Part shown: positions 22,028 to 31,880 of the stretch, one piece after another
Layout: each line of letters begins with the position of its first letter
How positions within the stretch are numbered: position 1 is the first letter of the stretch
Source: a virus
Taxonomy: Duplodnaviria > Caudoviricetes
Reading direction: 5' to 3' (one strand)
Virus record (IMG/VR): IMGVR_UViG_2974651877_000001
Location: 1-64,000 of that record
DNA: 64,000 nucleotides
Notes under the pieces: model-generated
The model's input: the letters and a program-made list of their open reading frames with translations, nothing else
Database searches by the model: none
What the model was told of the DNA's origin: nothing
Made by a program: the position numbers and the translations under genes

Positions 22028-22246
22028 TTAAGTTCCTTGTAGGAGTGCTATTCGGTTATCGAGTATACTTATATACTCCATCATTACTAGTCTCTGTTGT
22101 ACTAGTAATTCTAGCTGGTCGGCTAGCTCTTTTGTTACTTCATGTCCTACGACAGAGTCCAAGAACGCCTCCAGCCGATGGAGCTTTATAGATAACTCGT
22201 TACGCTCTGCCTGTAATTCCGCAGGGCTTAGTTCGTTACTTTTCAT
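22028..22246 (-). CDS. Small coiled-coil hypothetical protein
   Basis: 72-aa helical ORF directly after ligA. Confidence 0.7.
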   Translation of the reverse strand: MKSNELSPAELQAERNELSIKLHRLEAFLDSVVGHEVTKELADQLELLVQQRLVMMEYISILDNRIALLQGT

Positions 22247-22247
22247 A

Positions 22248-23198
22248 TTACCTTACGTCGATAATCTTAGGGATAATGCCGCCTGAGCGGATAACACAAA
22301 CCTCGCAGCCTTCGTAGACTCCTAAGTTTTCCACATAACCAGCATTGTTTAATGTTGCTCGGGTGATTTCTGCATCGTCGATAAAGATTGGTTCGAAGAT
22401 TGCGACTGGAGTCACTTTGCCCGACTTACCAGTCTGCCATGTTAGGTCTACTAACTTAGTCCAGATACCTTCTTCGTCTTCTTTTACTGCGAATGCACCT
22501 TTAGGATGTTTGTGAGTAAATCCAGCGTCGAAGAAATCTTTGTTGCTAGAGAGGCGGAACACTCGCCCGTCTTGCGGGCAGTCTTCCCAGTCTGAGTCAA
22601 CTACCGTACAGAAACCTTCACCAGATAGCCAAGCCATATCCTGCTCATAATGAGGGAAAATACCTGCGTGGTCTTCCGCTTCCTGAACCCCATAAGCTAC
22701 AAAGATAAGCCCGCCTTCTAAAACACGCTCTCGAAACTCTTTCTCGTCCTTTAGCTGCATGGCTCCAGACGCGTAGTTGCGCATGTTTTTTACCGGATTG
22801 GTAGTAACTACCTCGCCAGTAATTTGAATAGGAGAGCTACTAGATAGTTCATCTGGTACAAGCAACGCCAGCTTCCAAGGTTCAAAAGTGGTTGGGGAAG
22901 TTATTCCGTCGCCACGAGTGTTACCTTGAACTAGTTTATTACCAATGTAAAACAAAGAAATTGCACATCCGTCCAATTTCGGAGTTTCTATACATTTTTC
23001 TACAGGTAATGGCAGTTCCTCACCTCGACCAGGATACACCTTGTCTAGTGAGTACATACGGTACATATGCTTGAATTCGCCGCCCACACCTAACCCATCC
23101 TCTCCAAAGCGAGAGACTAGTGCATCGTACTCCTCATTAGAGATTACTGGGTTGCCTTCGTAGTAGCACTTTTGTAGGTAACGGATATACTCTTGCAT
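22248..23198 (-). CDS. ligA: NAD-dependent DNA ligase subunit A (adenylation and OB domains)
   Basis: YYEGNPVISNEEYD, MYSL, TPKLDG, TRGDG, DGRV and RSGGIIP motifs. Confidence 0.95.
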   Translation of the reverse strand: MQEYIRYLQKCYYEGNPVISNEEYDALVSRFGEDGLGVGGEFKHMYRMYSLDKVYPGRGEELPLPVEKCIETPKLDGCAISLFYIGNKLVQGNTRGDGITSPTTFEPWKLALLVPDELSSSSPIQITGEVVTTNPVKNMRNYASGAMQLKDEKEFRERVLEGGLIFVAYGVQEAEDHAGIFPHYEQDMAWLSGEGFCTVVDSDWEDCPQDGRVFRLSSNKDFFDAGFTHKHPKGAFAVKEDEEGIWTKLVDLTWQTGKSGKVTPVAIFEPIFIDDAEITRATLNNAGYVENLGVYEGCEVCVIRSGGIIPKIIDVR

Positions 23199-23509
23199 TA
23201 CTCGTCCTCGTCTTGGGTAGTATGTTTGTGGTAGTTTTCTATTACTTCTTGAGACACCTCAGCTTGAGCCATGATAGAGGCAAAAGCTGAGTATAGTCTA
23301 GTTACTGAATCTAGGTTGTAAGGGAAGCTTAATCCATTCCTTGTAGGAAGCCACTCCCCTTCAAAGTCTAGGTAGTACTCCCTAATGCCTAGGTAGTGCC
23401 TACCCATGAATTCAGAAACAGTGAAGCGTAGCTGGATGCCTAGTTCTTCATCTTGGTAGATGATTGCATCCAGCTTATCTTCATGCCCTTGTAAATCGTC
23501 GTGAATCAC
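23198..23509 (-). CDS. PC4/p15-like ssDNA-binding protein
   Basis: VSEFMGRHYLGIREYYLDFEGEWLPTRNG matches the PC4 pattern. Confidence 0.8.
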   Translation of the reverse strand: MIHDDLQGHEDKLDAIIYQDEELGIQLRFTVSEFMGRHYLGIREYYLDFEGEWLPTRNGLSFPYNLDSVTRLYSAFASIMAQAEVSQEVIENYHKHTTQDEDE

Positions 23510-23807
23510 GTTCTTGTTTGTCTAACTCATAACTCAGCATAGAAAGATGAGTAAACACGTCCACAGGCATTGTACGGAACTTGTTAGTTGTGTAACAGAA
23601 CAGAGCTACGTAACCATCTTTAGGGTTTGCCACCTGCTTTTGTACATGCTCAGGAGCTTTCTCTAGCTCTGCTTTCAGGTACGGCGTATCGAAGTTAGTC
23701 GTAGCCACAATGAAAGACTTGTTGGGAGTACCAGCTTTCTTATACTTATATTGAGCATAGAAAGTATCGAATTTTTGGGATAACTCTAGGAAGCGGGTCA
23801 TTCGCAT
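23481..23807 (-). CDS. Conserved T5-like hypothetical protein
   Basis: TTNFDTPY...LFCYTTNKFR; synteny with D3. Confidence 0.7.
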   Translation of the reverse strand: MRMTRFLELSQKFDTFYAQYKYKKAGTPNKSFIVATTNFDTPYLKAELEKAPEHVQKQVANPKDGYVALFCYTTNKFRTMPVDVFTHLSMLSYELDKQERDSRRFTRA

Positions 23808-23819
23808 ATACTACTCTCC

Positions 23820-24230
23820 TTATGCTTGTGACTGAAGTTCGCGGATTTTTGCAGCTAGGTGTGATGCTGCTTTACCGGTTAGTTTTGAGATAATGTCGTC
23901 ATCTAGGTCTGTGACTCCACCATCTTTGAAGGCTGCGATTAGTTCGCCTTGGGCTTCTGCTTTGCCCACACGCTTAGAACCACCTTCTGACGCATTAGAT
24001 GTTTTCTTAGCTTTGTTAACTTGCTTAACGTACACGCCTAGTTTAGTTAGCTGTGCACGAGCTGATGCTACAGATGTACCAATCTCAGCTGCTGCGTAAG
24101 TAAGTGCTTCGTTAGAGAAAGTACCTTCTTCCGCTTCTGGGTTAGCTTCCGCTAGTTCACCCATTTTTGCTTTGTATAGAGATTCTACTTCTGCTTTAAG
24201 CTCATCTGTCCAAGAGATAGGTTTGGTCAT
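23820..24230 (-). CDS. D3: T5 D3-like DNA-binding protein
   Basis: WTDELK...LTKLGVYVK...DIISKLTGKAA; position after D2. Confidence 0.8.
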   Translation of the reverse strand: MTKPISWTDELKAEVESLYKAKMGELAEANPEAEEGTFSNEALTYAAAEIGTSVASARAQLTKLGVYVKQVNKAKKTSNASEGGSKRVGKAEAQGELIAAFKDGGVTDLDDDIISKLTGKAASHLAAKIRELQSQA

Positions 24231-24361
24231 AAATATTACTTCCTTTGGTTGTCGTTTGTCGAATTTATAGATATATTATACGTAACTTTCAGCCACTAAG
24301 CAACTGAAAGTTTTTGTTATTGGGGGCTTCCGCTATATTAAAGTGAGAAGCCAGTTAGGCC

Positions 24362-25066
24362 TCACTTTCCTTTGTTGGCATTTTTACGTGCAGCTAGTAG
24401 CGCCGCATTTAGAGTATACACAATGTCCTCTCTAGACATATTGTCTTGGAGAACGTTAGGGTTGATACCTTTTTCTTCTAGGTATTTTAAGCTGCCTAAG
24501 TCGTATGCGTAAAAGTTTACGTTACGATGTTTATTTGACGCTAGCAGGTACACTCGATAAGCGTAAATACCGTCAGCATTAGGCTTATGTTCCGCCATAA
24601 CTTCACCTAGACATTTGTACCCTGGAACCCATACCTTTTGTCCAATAGCGAAACGCTCTGACATGGCTTCTTCTGGAACCATGGCAGGGTTTAGAGGGTC
24701 TGCTGACTCTCGAAGCTTAAAGTCTAAAAGACCCATAAGCTCTAGGCGACGACGCACTAAGGCTGGGGAGCGGTAGTATCGCTTAGCAATTTCTTCGATA
24801 GCATCACCAGTAAGATACGCTTCAGCCATATTAATTTCTTCCTGCGGAGAAAGAGGCTTAGTGCGGTTCTTGCGCATCATCTCTTTTCGATGTTCTTTCT
24901 CTGCTAAATAGTTATCTAGCATTTCGTCTAGGCGTTTGGTATTGTAGTTAATACCTAGGATTTCACATTGACGCTTCTTAGTGGCACCCTGTTCACGCTC
25001 AGCAAGAGCCATTTCAAATTGGTCTTCTGTTACGTCTGCTGCTGATTTTGAATTTTTACGAGCCAT
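24362..25066 (-). CDS. D2: T5 D2-like protein
   Basis: GATKKRQCEILGI..., EEIAKRYYRS and YDLGSLKYL; synteny with D3 and obp. Confidence 0.75.
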   Translation of the reverse strand: MARKNSKSAADVTEDQFEMALAEREQGATKKRQCEILGINYNTKRLDEMLDNYLAEKEHRKEMMRKNRTKPLSPQEEINMAEAYLTGDAIEEIAKRYYRSPALVRRRLELMGLLDFKLRESADPLNPAMVPEEAMSERFAIGQKVWVPGYKCLGEVMAEHKPNADGIYAYRVYLLASNKHRNVNFYAYDLGSLKYLEEKGINPNVLQDNMSREDIVYTLNAALLAARKNANKGK

Positions 25067-25353
25067 TAGTCGTCTCCTAGTTCTAGTTCTACCATGTTAA
25101 CTCCGTACCAGTGTAAGGTTACGGGTATATCAACGTATCTTAGGGCTTTCAATAACAGAGGTAGCCGTGTGGCTAACAAAGTTGAATTATACCCATCGAG
25201 GAGTACGTTGCATCCTCTTATATAGTTATGTTTACAAAAAGAGAAGTCAGCCTTTACGTCACTAATCACCGACGGGGCTACTTTTTCCTTTCTCTTACTA
25301 TACTTGGCTCTCAGTCTATGAATCTTCATAAGCTCTCCAATTAATTTATACAA
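25066..25353 (-). CDS. Hypothetical protein
   Basis: ORF whose stop overlaps the D2 start; start codon uncertain. Confidence 0.5.
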   Translation of the reverse strand: MYKLIGELMKIHRLRAKYSKRKEKVAPSVISDVKADFSFCKHNYIRGCNVLLDGYNSTLLATRLPLLLKALRYVDIPVTLHWYGVNMVELELGDD

Positions 25354-25372
25354 ATATTATAAGATAAATTGG

Positions 25373-25621
25373 CTATTTCGGCAATTGAAGATTTTCTTTT
25401 CTTAACTCCGTTATTAGACGTTTACGCTTAAGTAAGAGGGCGGATAAGTCTTCGTTCTTTTGTATCCTGTATACGATTGGGAATTGAAGTATAATATCCG
25501 CCCCTAAAAGTGCTATGGATAAGGGGAATACACGACACCCTTGTGGTTGAAATCTTTTATACTTCTTTTTCTTTTTAGGGCGTTCCTTGCCCATAGTTAT
25601 ACTCGTGAATTCCTTAGCCAT
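25373..25621 (-). CDS. Basic hypothetical protein
   Basis: 82-aa Lys-rich ORF coupled to its neighbour. Confidence 0.5.
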   Translation of the reverse strand: MAKEFTSITMGKERPKKKKKYKRFQPQGCRVFPLSIALLGADIILQFPIVYRIQKNEDLSALLLKRKRLITELRKENLQLPK

Positions 25622-25916
25622 ACTGTACCGTTATGGAAAAGCCTGTACTTGTTATCAAGTTCCTGCAGCCCGTTAGTTGTCCCTGTATGGGGACTGCGCG
25701 AACTTTTGCGGACACCCCTAAGTATCTTAAAATTTGTCGGACATATTTAATATCCGACTCACTATACATAATGTACCTGCCCACTAAGAACTTCTCCTTT
25801 TCTTCTCCTAGGGCTAGTACTATCTCCCTGTAAGCCCGCTTAGCGGCTTCTACCTGCCTAGACTTTTCTAGACTCCTATTTTTGTCTATGCGTCTTCTTA
25901 TCTTTCTAGATATCAT
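25614..25916 (-). CDS. Basic hypothetical protein
   Basis: 100-aa ORF overlapping the obp stop (ATGA). Confidence 0.6.
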   Translation of the reverse strand: MISRKIRRRIDKNRSLEKSRQVEAAKRAYREIVLALGEEKEKFLVGRYIMYSESDIKYVRQILRYLGVSAKVRAVPIQGQLTGCRNLITSTGFSITVQYG

Positions 25917-28900
25917 GAGAACCCCTTAACGTTTACCCAGCTTAGGCTTCCGTAGTCATCGCTAGCTTCTTCCTCTCGCTGTAGTTTATGATTCAAATCA
26001 CTAGCTGCTTCCGCTAGCTTAGCTTTCTCTTCTGCGGTCAAGAACTCTTTAGGGATTGCTAACTCTTCGTACTCGTAGTACTTACGAGCCCAGTCATGTA
26101 ACTGTTCCCAATTAGGCTCCACGCCTTTGTCTTCTATATCAATAACTAAACCTATGCGGCTAGCCTGATACTTGGCATTACGCATGTTCATTTTTCTTCC
26201 ATAACCTGTGAAGGCGTTCTCGCCTGTGGCGTTGTACCATTGAATAGCGTGAACACGGAGGAACTTAGTAAAACGTTCTAATGTGCTTGCGTTGACCTTC
26301 ATCAGACCATACAGACCTCCACGTACCACTTCAGCTAAGTTAGCCATCTTGGTATGGATATCTTGGTCAATATACATGTCTACGTGGTCGTACGAGATAG
26401 CATCAACACTAGGAAGCTCGTAGTAGTGCGCAATTTGTTGTTTTACTTCGAAAGCATTATTATAACGTCTTGGGAAATGGTCTTCTCTAGACATTAAGAT
26501 AGCGTAAATCATCGCTTCACGCTCCGCAGCTTTCGCACCTTCTCCACACATGTCCTTAACAGTGGTTTCTAGGGTTTCCCCTGGCCCTGCCTCAAACAAG
26601 TCATCCACAACTACTTCACACCCTTGGTCCATTAGCATGAATCGTAGATTTGACTTAAATCCAGAGAACTCTGCATTTTTACGGAGTGCGAATTTTTCAC
26701 GCATTAAGTCTTCCAGACTTGGGTACGTGTTCCCCGCACGGAAGTATCCTGTAGAGAAGTTAGAAGTATCTGGGTCTGTGTAAATCCAGTACTCTTTATT
26801 AGGTTTGCGACAACGTCGCAAGGCCTGGAAGCGTAGGTTAGGCGGTGCAATCTTTGTGTTAGTAATCATAGCTACAACATCAAAGTAATGGAAGTCTACC
26901 CCAGATACGACGGACGGAGAACACACTAAACAATCAACATTGTACTGAGCCAAAGCAGCATTTGTATTCTCTAAAATATCGCGTATATCTTCGTCTTTTG
27001 TAGATTCCGAATGCACACCTTTGATTACGTGGCCAGGATGCAACATTTCTAGTCCACGAACCCTTTCATTGATTGCCTTCGGCCCTAGGTCTGATACCAC
27101 TAGAACTTTCAAGCCTTCGTCTAGGTTTGCGTGAACCCCCGACAACCATACGGTTTCCTCTTTCTTACATTCGTAAGCTTTGCTGCCCTCTAGCTTGTTG
27201 AATTTGTAATCAACTGCTGCTACTTCCTTATCTGAGAGTGCAAAGTATGAGAACATGGTCTCTTCACTAATGTCACCATCTGCTAGAACCACATACTTAG
27301 CTCTGCGAAGAATAGTGCTAAGAGCGTCAATACACTTAGCCCTTTCTTTCATAATAACCGCTGATGCGTTAAGTAAAGTATCCATTACAGCGTCGCATTC
27401 ATCAATGAATACAAAGTCTATCGCACCTTCCTCAGCCATTTCCTTAAATCTCCACAAAGAGTGGATTGTAGTAGACATACGACCATTAGGGTTCTGGCGG
27501 AAAGAATCTCGGTGAGCAGGGTCTAAGTACGCCTTATCTGTTGGGGCACCCAACTTGGCGGCGTTGCCATCTACTAGAGATACGGTGTTAGTTACTGCTA
27601 GCATACGCCCATGAAACTTTGGCTTGATGCCTAAAATTTCATCACCTAAAACTAGGCGTTGAAGTGCCGTAGTCTTACCAGTTCCTAGAGATGCCTTCCA
27701 GAACGTAAGTTTGCCCACCGGGGGCATGTCCGGGATGTACAGGTAGCCGTTATCCGTTCCTGCACCGTCAGGATACAGTTTCTCTACTGGCCAATCAGTT
27801 AAGATGTCTTTTCGAACCTCAGGAGGGATTTCCTCATATGGTTTGATTCGAATGTCTATCTTATCTGGAATAGTGCGTATAGCGCGAGATTTGATTGTTT
27901 GGAAACAGAATTCCATGGCCGCCTTTAAGTAGTCATCGATGCTTCTCTCCCCTGAGACAATCTTAGGGTGGTCTTGCATAGCGATGGTAAATGCTTCTTT
28001 AAGCGGCTCGAAGCCTATACCGTCTTCCATTGCTAAGAAGAATAGTCGAGGTGCTTTTTTGGTATAGACGTTATCCGGGTTTTCCTCGATGTCGTCTAGC
28101 ACTCGGCGGACTGGAGGCGTAATTATGTCTGTGCCTTGGAACCTTTTAATGCTCTCTAGGTCTTCTTCGGTTAGTGTTGCTGTTTTCACACGCTCCTTCT
28201 CCTCAGTAGTTGGTGGTATTGATGCCGTAACTCTTGATTTATAGAACACTGTTCGTGGCATCTCCCCGAAAGGGTCTTCCATGCAGCCCTCGAATATAGG
28301 GTCTGCCGTATACAGTATGTGGGCACGGGTGTAAAGAGAGTCATCGAATAAGTCACACTTGAATTCTTCGTTAAAGACTTCGTTCACCTCGTCAGCTATA
28401 GTGTCTAGCTGTTTTGTGTTTACAGGAACCGTATTTTCCAAATACAAGTGCATTCGGATGGTATCCGTTTTAATACCTGCGGAACTAGAGCCCCTAGCAA
28501 TATATCCACACTTCTTATCGAAGTATACAGGGAATCGCTCCGATAGTAGTTCTAGAACGTACTTGGCCTGTTGGTGAATATCTAGAGGGTCTATATGTTC
28601 TGGCCTAGGAAAACTATCAATATCGAATACCATGAATTTGCTCTTTGGTACTACACTGAAAGTTTCTTTATTACGGCGAATGTTTTTTCGTGGTGCTCCT
28701 TCCGCTAGAGCATGCTGTAGCATACAAACATTAGGGTCTTGGGAGTACTTTAGTACAAGTGTGCGTAACTCCTCCATACTTCCAGGAGTTACTTCTTCCA
28801 CGACATCAAAATGCTTTGCTAAATAAATATCTGTTGTTTTTGTAGGGGAGTGCCATACCTTGGTCAGGTACTTTTTACGATTTTGACCCCATCCGTAGGA

Positions 28901-28951
28901 TGAAGCTTCTGGAGCGGTTTCGTTCTCTACCTGTGCTATAAAGGTAAACAC
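25913..28951 (-). CDS. obp: Replication origin-binding protein (primase-like N-terminus plus UL9-like SF2 helicase)
   Basis: FDIDS, SSSAGIK..IRMHL, KASLGTGKT, FIDECD, SGVDF and QALRR motifs. Confidence 0.88.
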   Translation of the reverse strand: MFTFIAQVENETAPEASSYGWGQNRKKYLTKVWHSPTKTTDIYLAKHFDVVEEVTPGSMEELRTLVLKYSQDPNVCMLQHALAEGAPRKNIRRNKETFSVVPKSKFMVFDIDSFPRPEHIDPLDIHQQAKYVLELLSERFPVYFDKKCGYIARGSSSAGIKTDTIRMHLYLENTVPVNTKQLDTIADEVNEVFNEEFKCDLFDDSLYTRAHILYTADPIFEGCMEDPFGEMPRTVFYKSRVTASIPPTTEEKERVKTATLTEEDLESIKRFQGTDIITPPVRRVLDDIEENPDNVYTKKAPRLFFLAMEDGIGFEPLKEAFTIAMQDHPKIVSGERSIDDYLKAAMEFCFQTIKSRAIRTIPDKIDIRIKPYEEIPPEVRKDILTDWPVEKLYPDGAGTDNGYLYIPDMPPVGKLTFWKASLGTGKTTALQRLVLGDEILGIKPKFHGRMLAVTNTVSLVDGNAAKLGAPTDKAYLDPAHRDSFRQNPNGRMSTTIHSLWRFKEMAEEGAIDFVFIDECDAVMDTLLNASAVIMKERAKCIDALSTILRRAKYVVLADGDISEETMFSYFALSDKEVAAVDYKFNKLEGSKAYECKKEETVWLSGVHANLDEGLKVLVVSDLGPKAINERVRGLEMLHPGHVIKGVHSESTKDEDIRDILENTNAALAQYNVDCLVCSPSVVSGVDFHYFDVVAMITNTKIAPPNLRFQALRRCRKPNKEYWIYTDPDTSNFSTGYFRAGNTYPSLEDLMREKFALRKNAEFSGFKSNLRFMLMDQGCEVVVDDLFEAGPGETLETTVKDMCGEGAKAAEREAMIYAILMSREDHFPRRYNNAFEVKQQIAHYYELPSVDAISYDHVDMYIDQDIHTKMANLAEVVRGGLYGLMKVNASTLERFTKFLRVHAIQWYNATGENAFTGYGRKMNMRNAKYQASRIGLVIDIEDKGVEPNWEQLHDWARKYYEYEELAIPKEFLTAEEKAKLAEAASDLNHKLQREEEASDDYGSLSWVNVKGFS

Positions 28952-29205
28952 GTGCGAAATCCTCCATACTGTAGCGAGATACGCTCATGGATATTCTCTT
29001 TAATAACTATACTCCTATGGTGGTTAATTTTTTGCCACTATATTATTTTTATATACTCGCGATATTCCGAGTATCTCACAGAATTTGGACGTAATAATGC
29101 TCGGCTGAGCTAGACAAGAGTCAAGAAGCTCGGGGTAGCAAAATTTATTCTGTGTTAACACTTTACGATTGTAAATCTCAGGTCTCGCCTCACCGACGTC
29201 CCACC

Positions 29206-29456
29206 CGACAGAAGTTAACTGACTCACACAATCCGAGGATTGAGGCTGGCATTAACGGACAATCTAATAATAGACCTCCGAAGTGATAGTCTTGGCCCTG
29301 ATAGGCCGGGGAGTTACGTACTTGGTGATAAAGTCCTTTACTAGCCACACTTCGACAGAAGTTAACCGACTCGCACAATCCGAAGATTGAGGCTCATAAT
29401 CCTAAGATTAAGTTTTACATTAACGGACAACCCTGAGGGCTTCCGAGGTGATAGTC
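29206..29456 (-). repeat. Two-copy structured direct repeat (29206-29291 and 29353-29456) upstream of obp
   Basis: First block 39/42 identical, plus shared cattaacggacaa and tccgaRgtgatagtc blocks with variable hairpins between them. Confidence 0.9.
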
Positions 29457-29630
29457 GCGCCTTTTAAGACATAGTGCTGCTAAGACTTACTTTCTTAAAG
29501 TATTCTTAAATGCTCAGAACCGAACATTTAAGAATACCCTAATTAAAGGGTATATAGGAGTTCTCTTATTAAAGAAGTACCAGCGTACTTGAGGGAAAGG
29601 TTGTCCAGACCTTTTAGAGAATAGATATAT

Positions 29631-29659
29631 AGTATACTAAAGGAAAAGAAAAACGTCAA
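29631..29659 (-). promoter_or_regulatory. Sigma70-type promoter reading into the obp leader
   Basis: Minus strand TTGACG-17 bp-TATACT. Confidence 0.7.
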
Positions 29660-29668
29660 CTCTTTTTT

Positions 29669-30049
29669 TTATTTGCGAGTCCACATTCCTAGTTCAACTA
29701 GTTTATTTCGTCTAAGTTCGATGTAATGCAACCTTTCTTCTGCTCGCATATCAGGAGTAATTAAGACACCTTTGCTGCGTTGAATAGTTACAGGAAAGTA
29801 CGGCTTCAATAGTAGCTTTTGCACTTCCCTCTTTTGCCACTCACTTAACTCTTGGTAGAAAGGAGAAGAGAAGTGGTGGTTATGGATACTGATAAGTTTA
29901 TGCAGTGCCCAAGCATCTTTTCCAGGCCTATGAACAGCCACAGAAAACCCTTGGTTACTACATACCAGAGCCATTCCCAAAGCTACGGCAGTATCTGTTA
30001 GTTTCTTAATCTGGTGGTGTACTTTTACGTGGTAGTTAGTCCAAATCAT
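29669..30049 (-). CDS. Hypothetical protein
   Basis: 126-aa ORF downstream of an AT-rich leftward promoter at ~30085-30115. Confidence 0.7.
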   Translation of the reverse strand: MIWTNYHVKVHHQIKKLTDTAVALGMALVCSNQGFSVAVHRPGKDAWALHKLISIHNHHFSSPFYQELSEWQKREVQKLLLKPYFPVTIQRSKGVLITPDMRAEERLHYIELRRNKLVELGMWTRK

Positions 30050-30265
30050 GTGCGCTCTCTTTGGTTATTTTTCGAATATACGCATATTATACAAAATAAC
30101 CGGATCCCTGGCTACTGAAATTTTACGGAATTCTCCTCGCGCGCACGCGTACTAATAAGGCCCGCGTGATAGTACATCTTTTTGCCCCTTCATGGCAAGT
30201 GAAATTTTTAAAATCGCTCTAATAACCACCACAACTGTAGGTTAGCGAGCTTTAGAAAATTTTAC

Positions 30266-30294
30266 TTGCATCTATGCCCCATATTTGATATGAT
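30266..30294 (+). promoter_or_regulatory. T5-type promoter for phoH
   Basis: TTGCAT-17-TATGAT with an A/T-rich UP element. Confidence 0.65.
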
Positions 30295-30338
30295 ATAGTC
30301 TAAGTTGAAAAGCTCTATTACGAGAAAAAGGAAACTAA

Positions 30339-31775
30339 ATGTCACAAAAACTATATATACTAGATACCAACGTACTACTTTCTGACCCTCATGCTGTTCT
30401 TAAGTTTGAGGAGCATAACGTAGCAATCCCAATGACTGTACTAGAGGAGCTAGACCGACAGAAGTCAAGTGACAGAGATGTAGCCCGCGACGCCCGAGCT
30501 GTCATCCGTACCTTAGACTCAATCATCCGCGATATGGATGCTATTGAGGACGGCGTTGAAATGAACTCAGGTGGACGACTATTCGTTTTACCTAACATCG
30601 GTGTCCCTGAAGCCATTAAGGTTACTTGTCCGGACGATGCAATTATCAATGCAACGATTCATCAGCAAGAACCAGCCGAAGGCTCAGAAGCTTTCAAGGG
30701 CTCACCTGTTCTCGTAACTAACGATGTTTGCATGCGCTTAAAGGCTAGGGGCGCAGGCGTACAACAAGTTCAAGAGTATCGTAATGATGTAGTGGTTCAA
30801 GACCCTGACCTACTACCTCGTGGGTACTTCGAAGTACCAGACGGCTGGCTAAGCACTGTAGGTACCGATGACGTTATCTCAAAGTCTTGTGGTCGCACCC
30901 TAATTAAAACCTCAGTAATCGAAGAATTACTAGGAGATGAACCTTTCGGTATCAACGATTGGCTAATCAACGAGGAAGACGGTATCTTCGCTCAGCTAGA
31001 GGGGCCTGTAGAAGGCGATTCTCGCTACGAAGATGGTATGTACCTCGAATTTACTTTCGTAAACGCTGGGCAATTCCTGAACCGCAAGGCTTCTGGTATT
31101 GTTCCTAAAGACTTTTACCAAGCCATTGCCCTAGACGCTCTACTAGACCCTGAACTAGACATCGTGATTATTAACGGTGCCGCAGGTTCTGGTAAGACTT
31201 TACTAGCTATGGCAGCAGCAGTAGAAATGGTTAAAGGAAAACGTGGCTACCGTCATTACGACGTTATCGTTTCCCGAAGCATGCACTCTCAGTTCGACGA
31301 TATCGGTTTCTTACCTGGTAATGAGTCTGAGAAGACCAAGCCATGGTTAAGCGGTGTTACTGATAACTTAGAGCACCTGGCACGAGTAACCAAGAACATG
31401 AAGCTACACCCTAATAACTCCATTGTTAGCTCAACAGATACTCCAACTGACGAGCAGGGTGGTGATGCGTTCATCCAAGCTAAAGCACTAAACTTTATGC
31501 GTGGTCGTTCTATCGTTCACAAAGTCTTCATTATAGACGAAATTCAAAACTTAACTCAGTCACAAGTTAAAACCATAATCTCCCGTGCGGGTGAGTACTG
31601 TAAGGTTGTCCTAATGGGCTCCCTAAATCAGATTGACTCTCCAATTGTAACCCCTAGAACTTCGGCACTAGCCTGTACTACCGAAAAATTCCATGGAGAA
31701 CCGTTCGCCAAGGTGATTACACTAGGTGGAGTACACCGCTCTCGCCTAGCTAAATTTGCTGACGAGCACCTTTAA
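30339..31775 (+). CDS. phoH: PIN-PhoH fusion (PhoH2-type RNase/ATPase)
   Basis: LDTNVLL...VLEELD...VTND PIN domain; GAAGSGKT, IGFLPG, MRGRS, IDEIQN and RSRLA PhoH motifs. Confidence 0.93.
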   Translation: MSQKLYILDTNVLLSDPHAVLKFEEHNVAIPMTVLEELDRQKSSDRDVARDARAVIRTLDSIIRDMDAIEDGVEMNSGGRLFVLPNIGVPEAIKVTCPDDAIINATIHQQEPAEGSEAFKGSPVLVTNDVCMRLKARGAGVQQVQEYRNDVVVQDPDLLPRGYFEVPDGWLSTVGTDDVISKSCGRTLIKTSVIEELLGDEPFGINDWLINEEDGIFAQLEGPVEGDSRYEDGMYLEFTFVNAGQFLNRKASGIVPKDFYQAIALDALLDPELDIVIINGAAGSGKTLLAMAAAVEMVKGKRGYRHYDVIVSRSMHSQFDDIGFLPGNESEKTKPWLSGVTDNLEHLARVTKNMKLHPNNSIVSSTDTPTDEQGGDAFIQAKALNFMRGRSIVHKVFIIDEIQNLTQSQVKTIISRAGEYCKVVLMGSLNQIDSPIVTPRTSALACTTEKFHGEPFAKVITLGGVHRSRLAKFADEHL

Positions 31776-31779
31776 AACT

Positions 31780-31806
31780 AACCCCGCCTAGAGCGGGGTT
31801 TTTATT
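31780..31806 (+). terminator. Intrinsic terminator
   Basis: aaccccgc-ctaga-gcggggtt followed by a T tract. Confidence 0.8.
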
Positions 31807-31821
31807 CTTCAAAAAATTCAT

Positions 31822-31850
31822 TTGCGGATATCCCCAACATTTTGTATAAT
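31822..31850 (+). promoter_or_regulatory. T5-type early promoter for nrdA
   Basis: aaaaaattcat-TTGCGG-17-TATAAT, then aaattgagagaggag, resembling T5 PN25. Confidence 0.8.
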
Positions 31851-31880
31851 ACTTTCCAGAAATTGAGAGAGGAGCATTAA

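Noticed and set aside
29024-29378. Two short minus-strand ORFs with repeated peptide (CESVNFCR)
   Set aside because: The peptide repeat is a by-product of the nucleotide repeat; there is no RBS and variation preserves hairpins, not codons.
29206-29456. CRISPR-like mini array
   Set aside because: Only two long composite copies, no repeat-spacer periodicity and no cas genes in the window.
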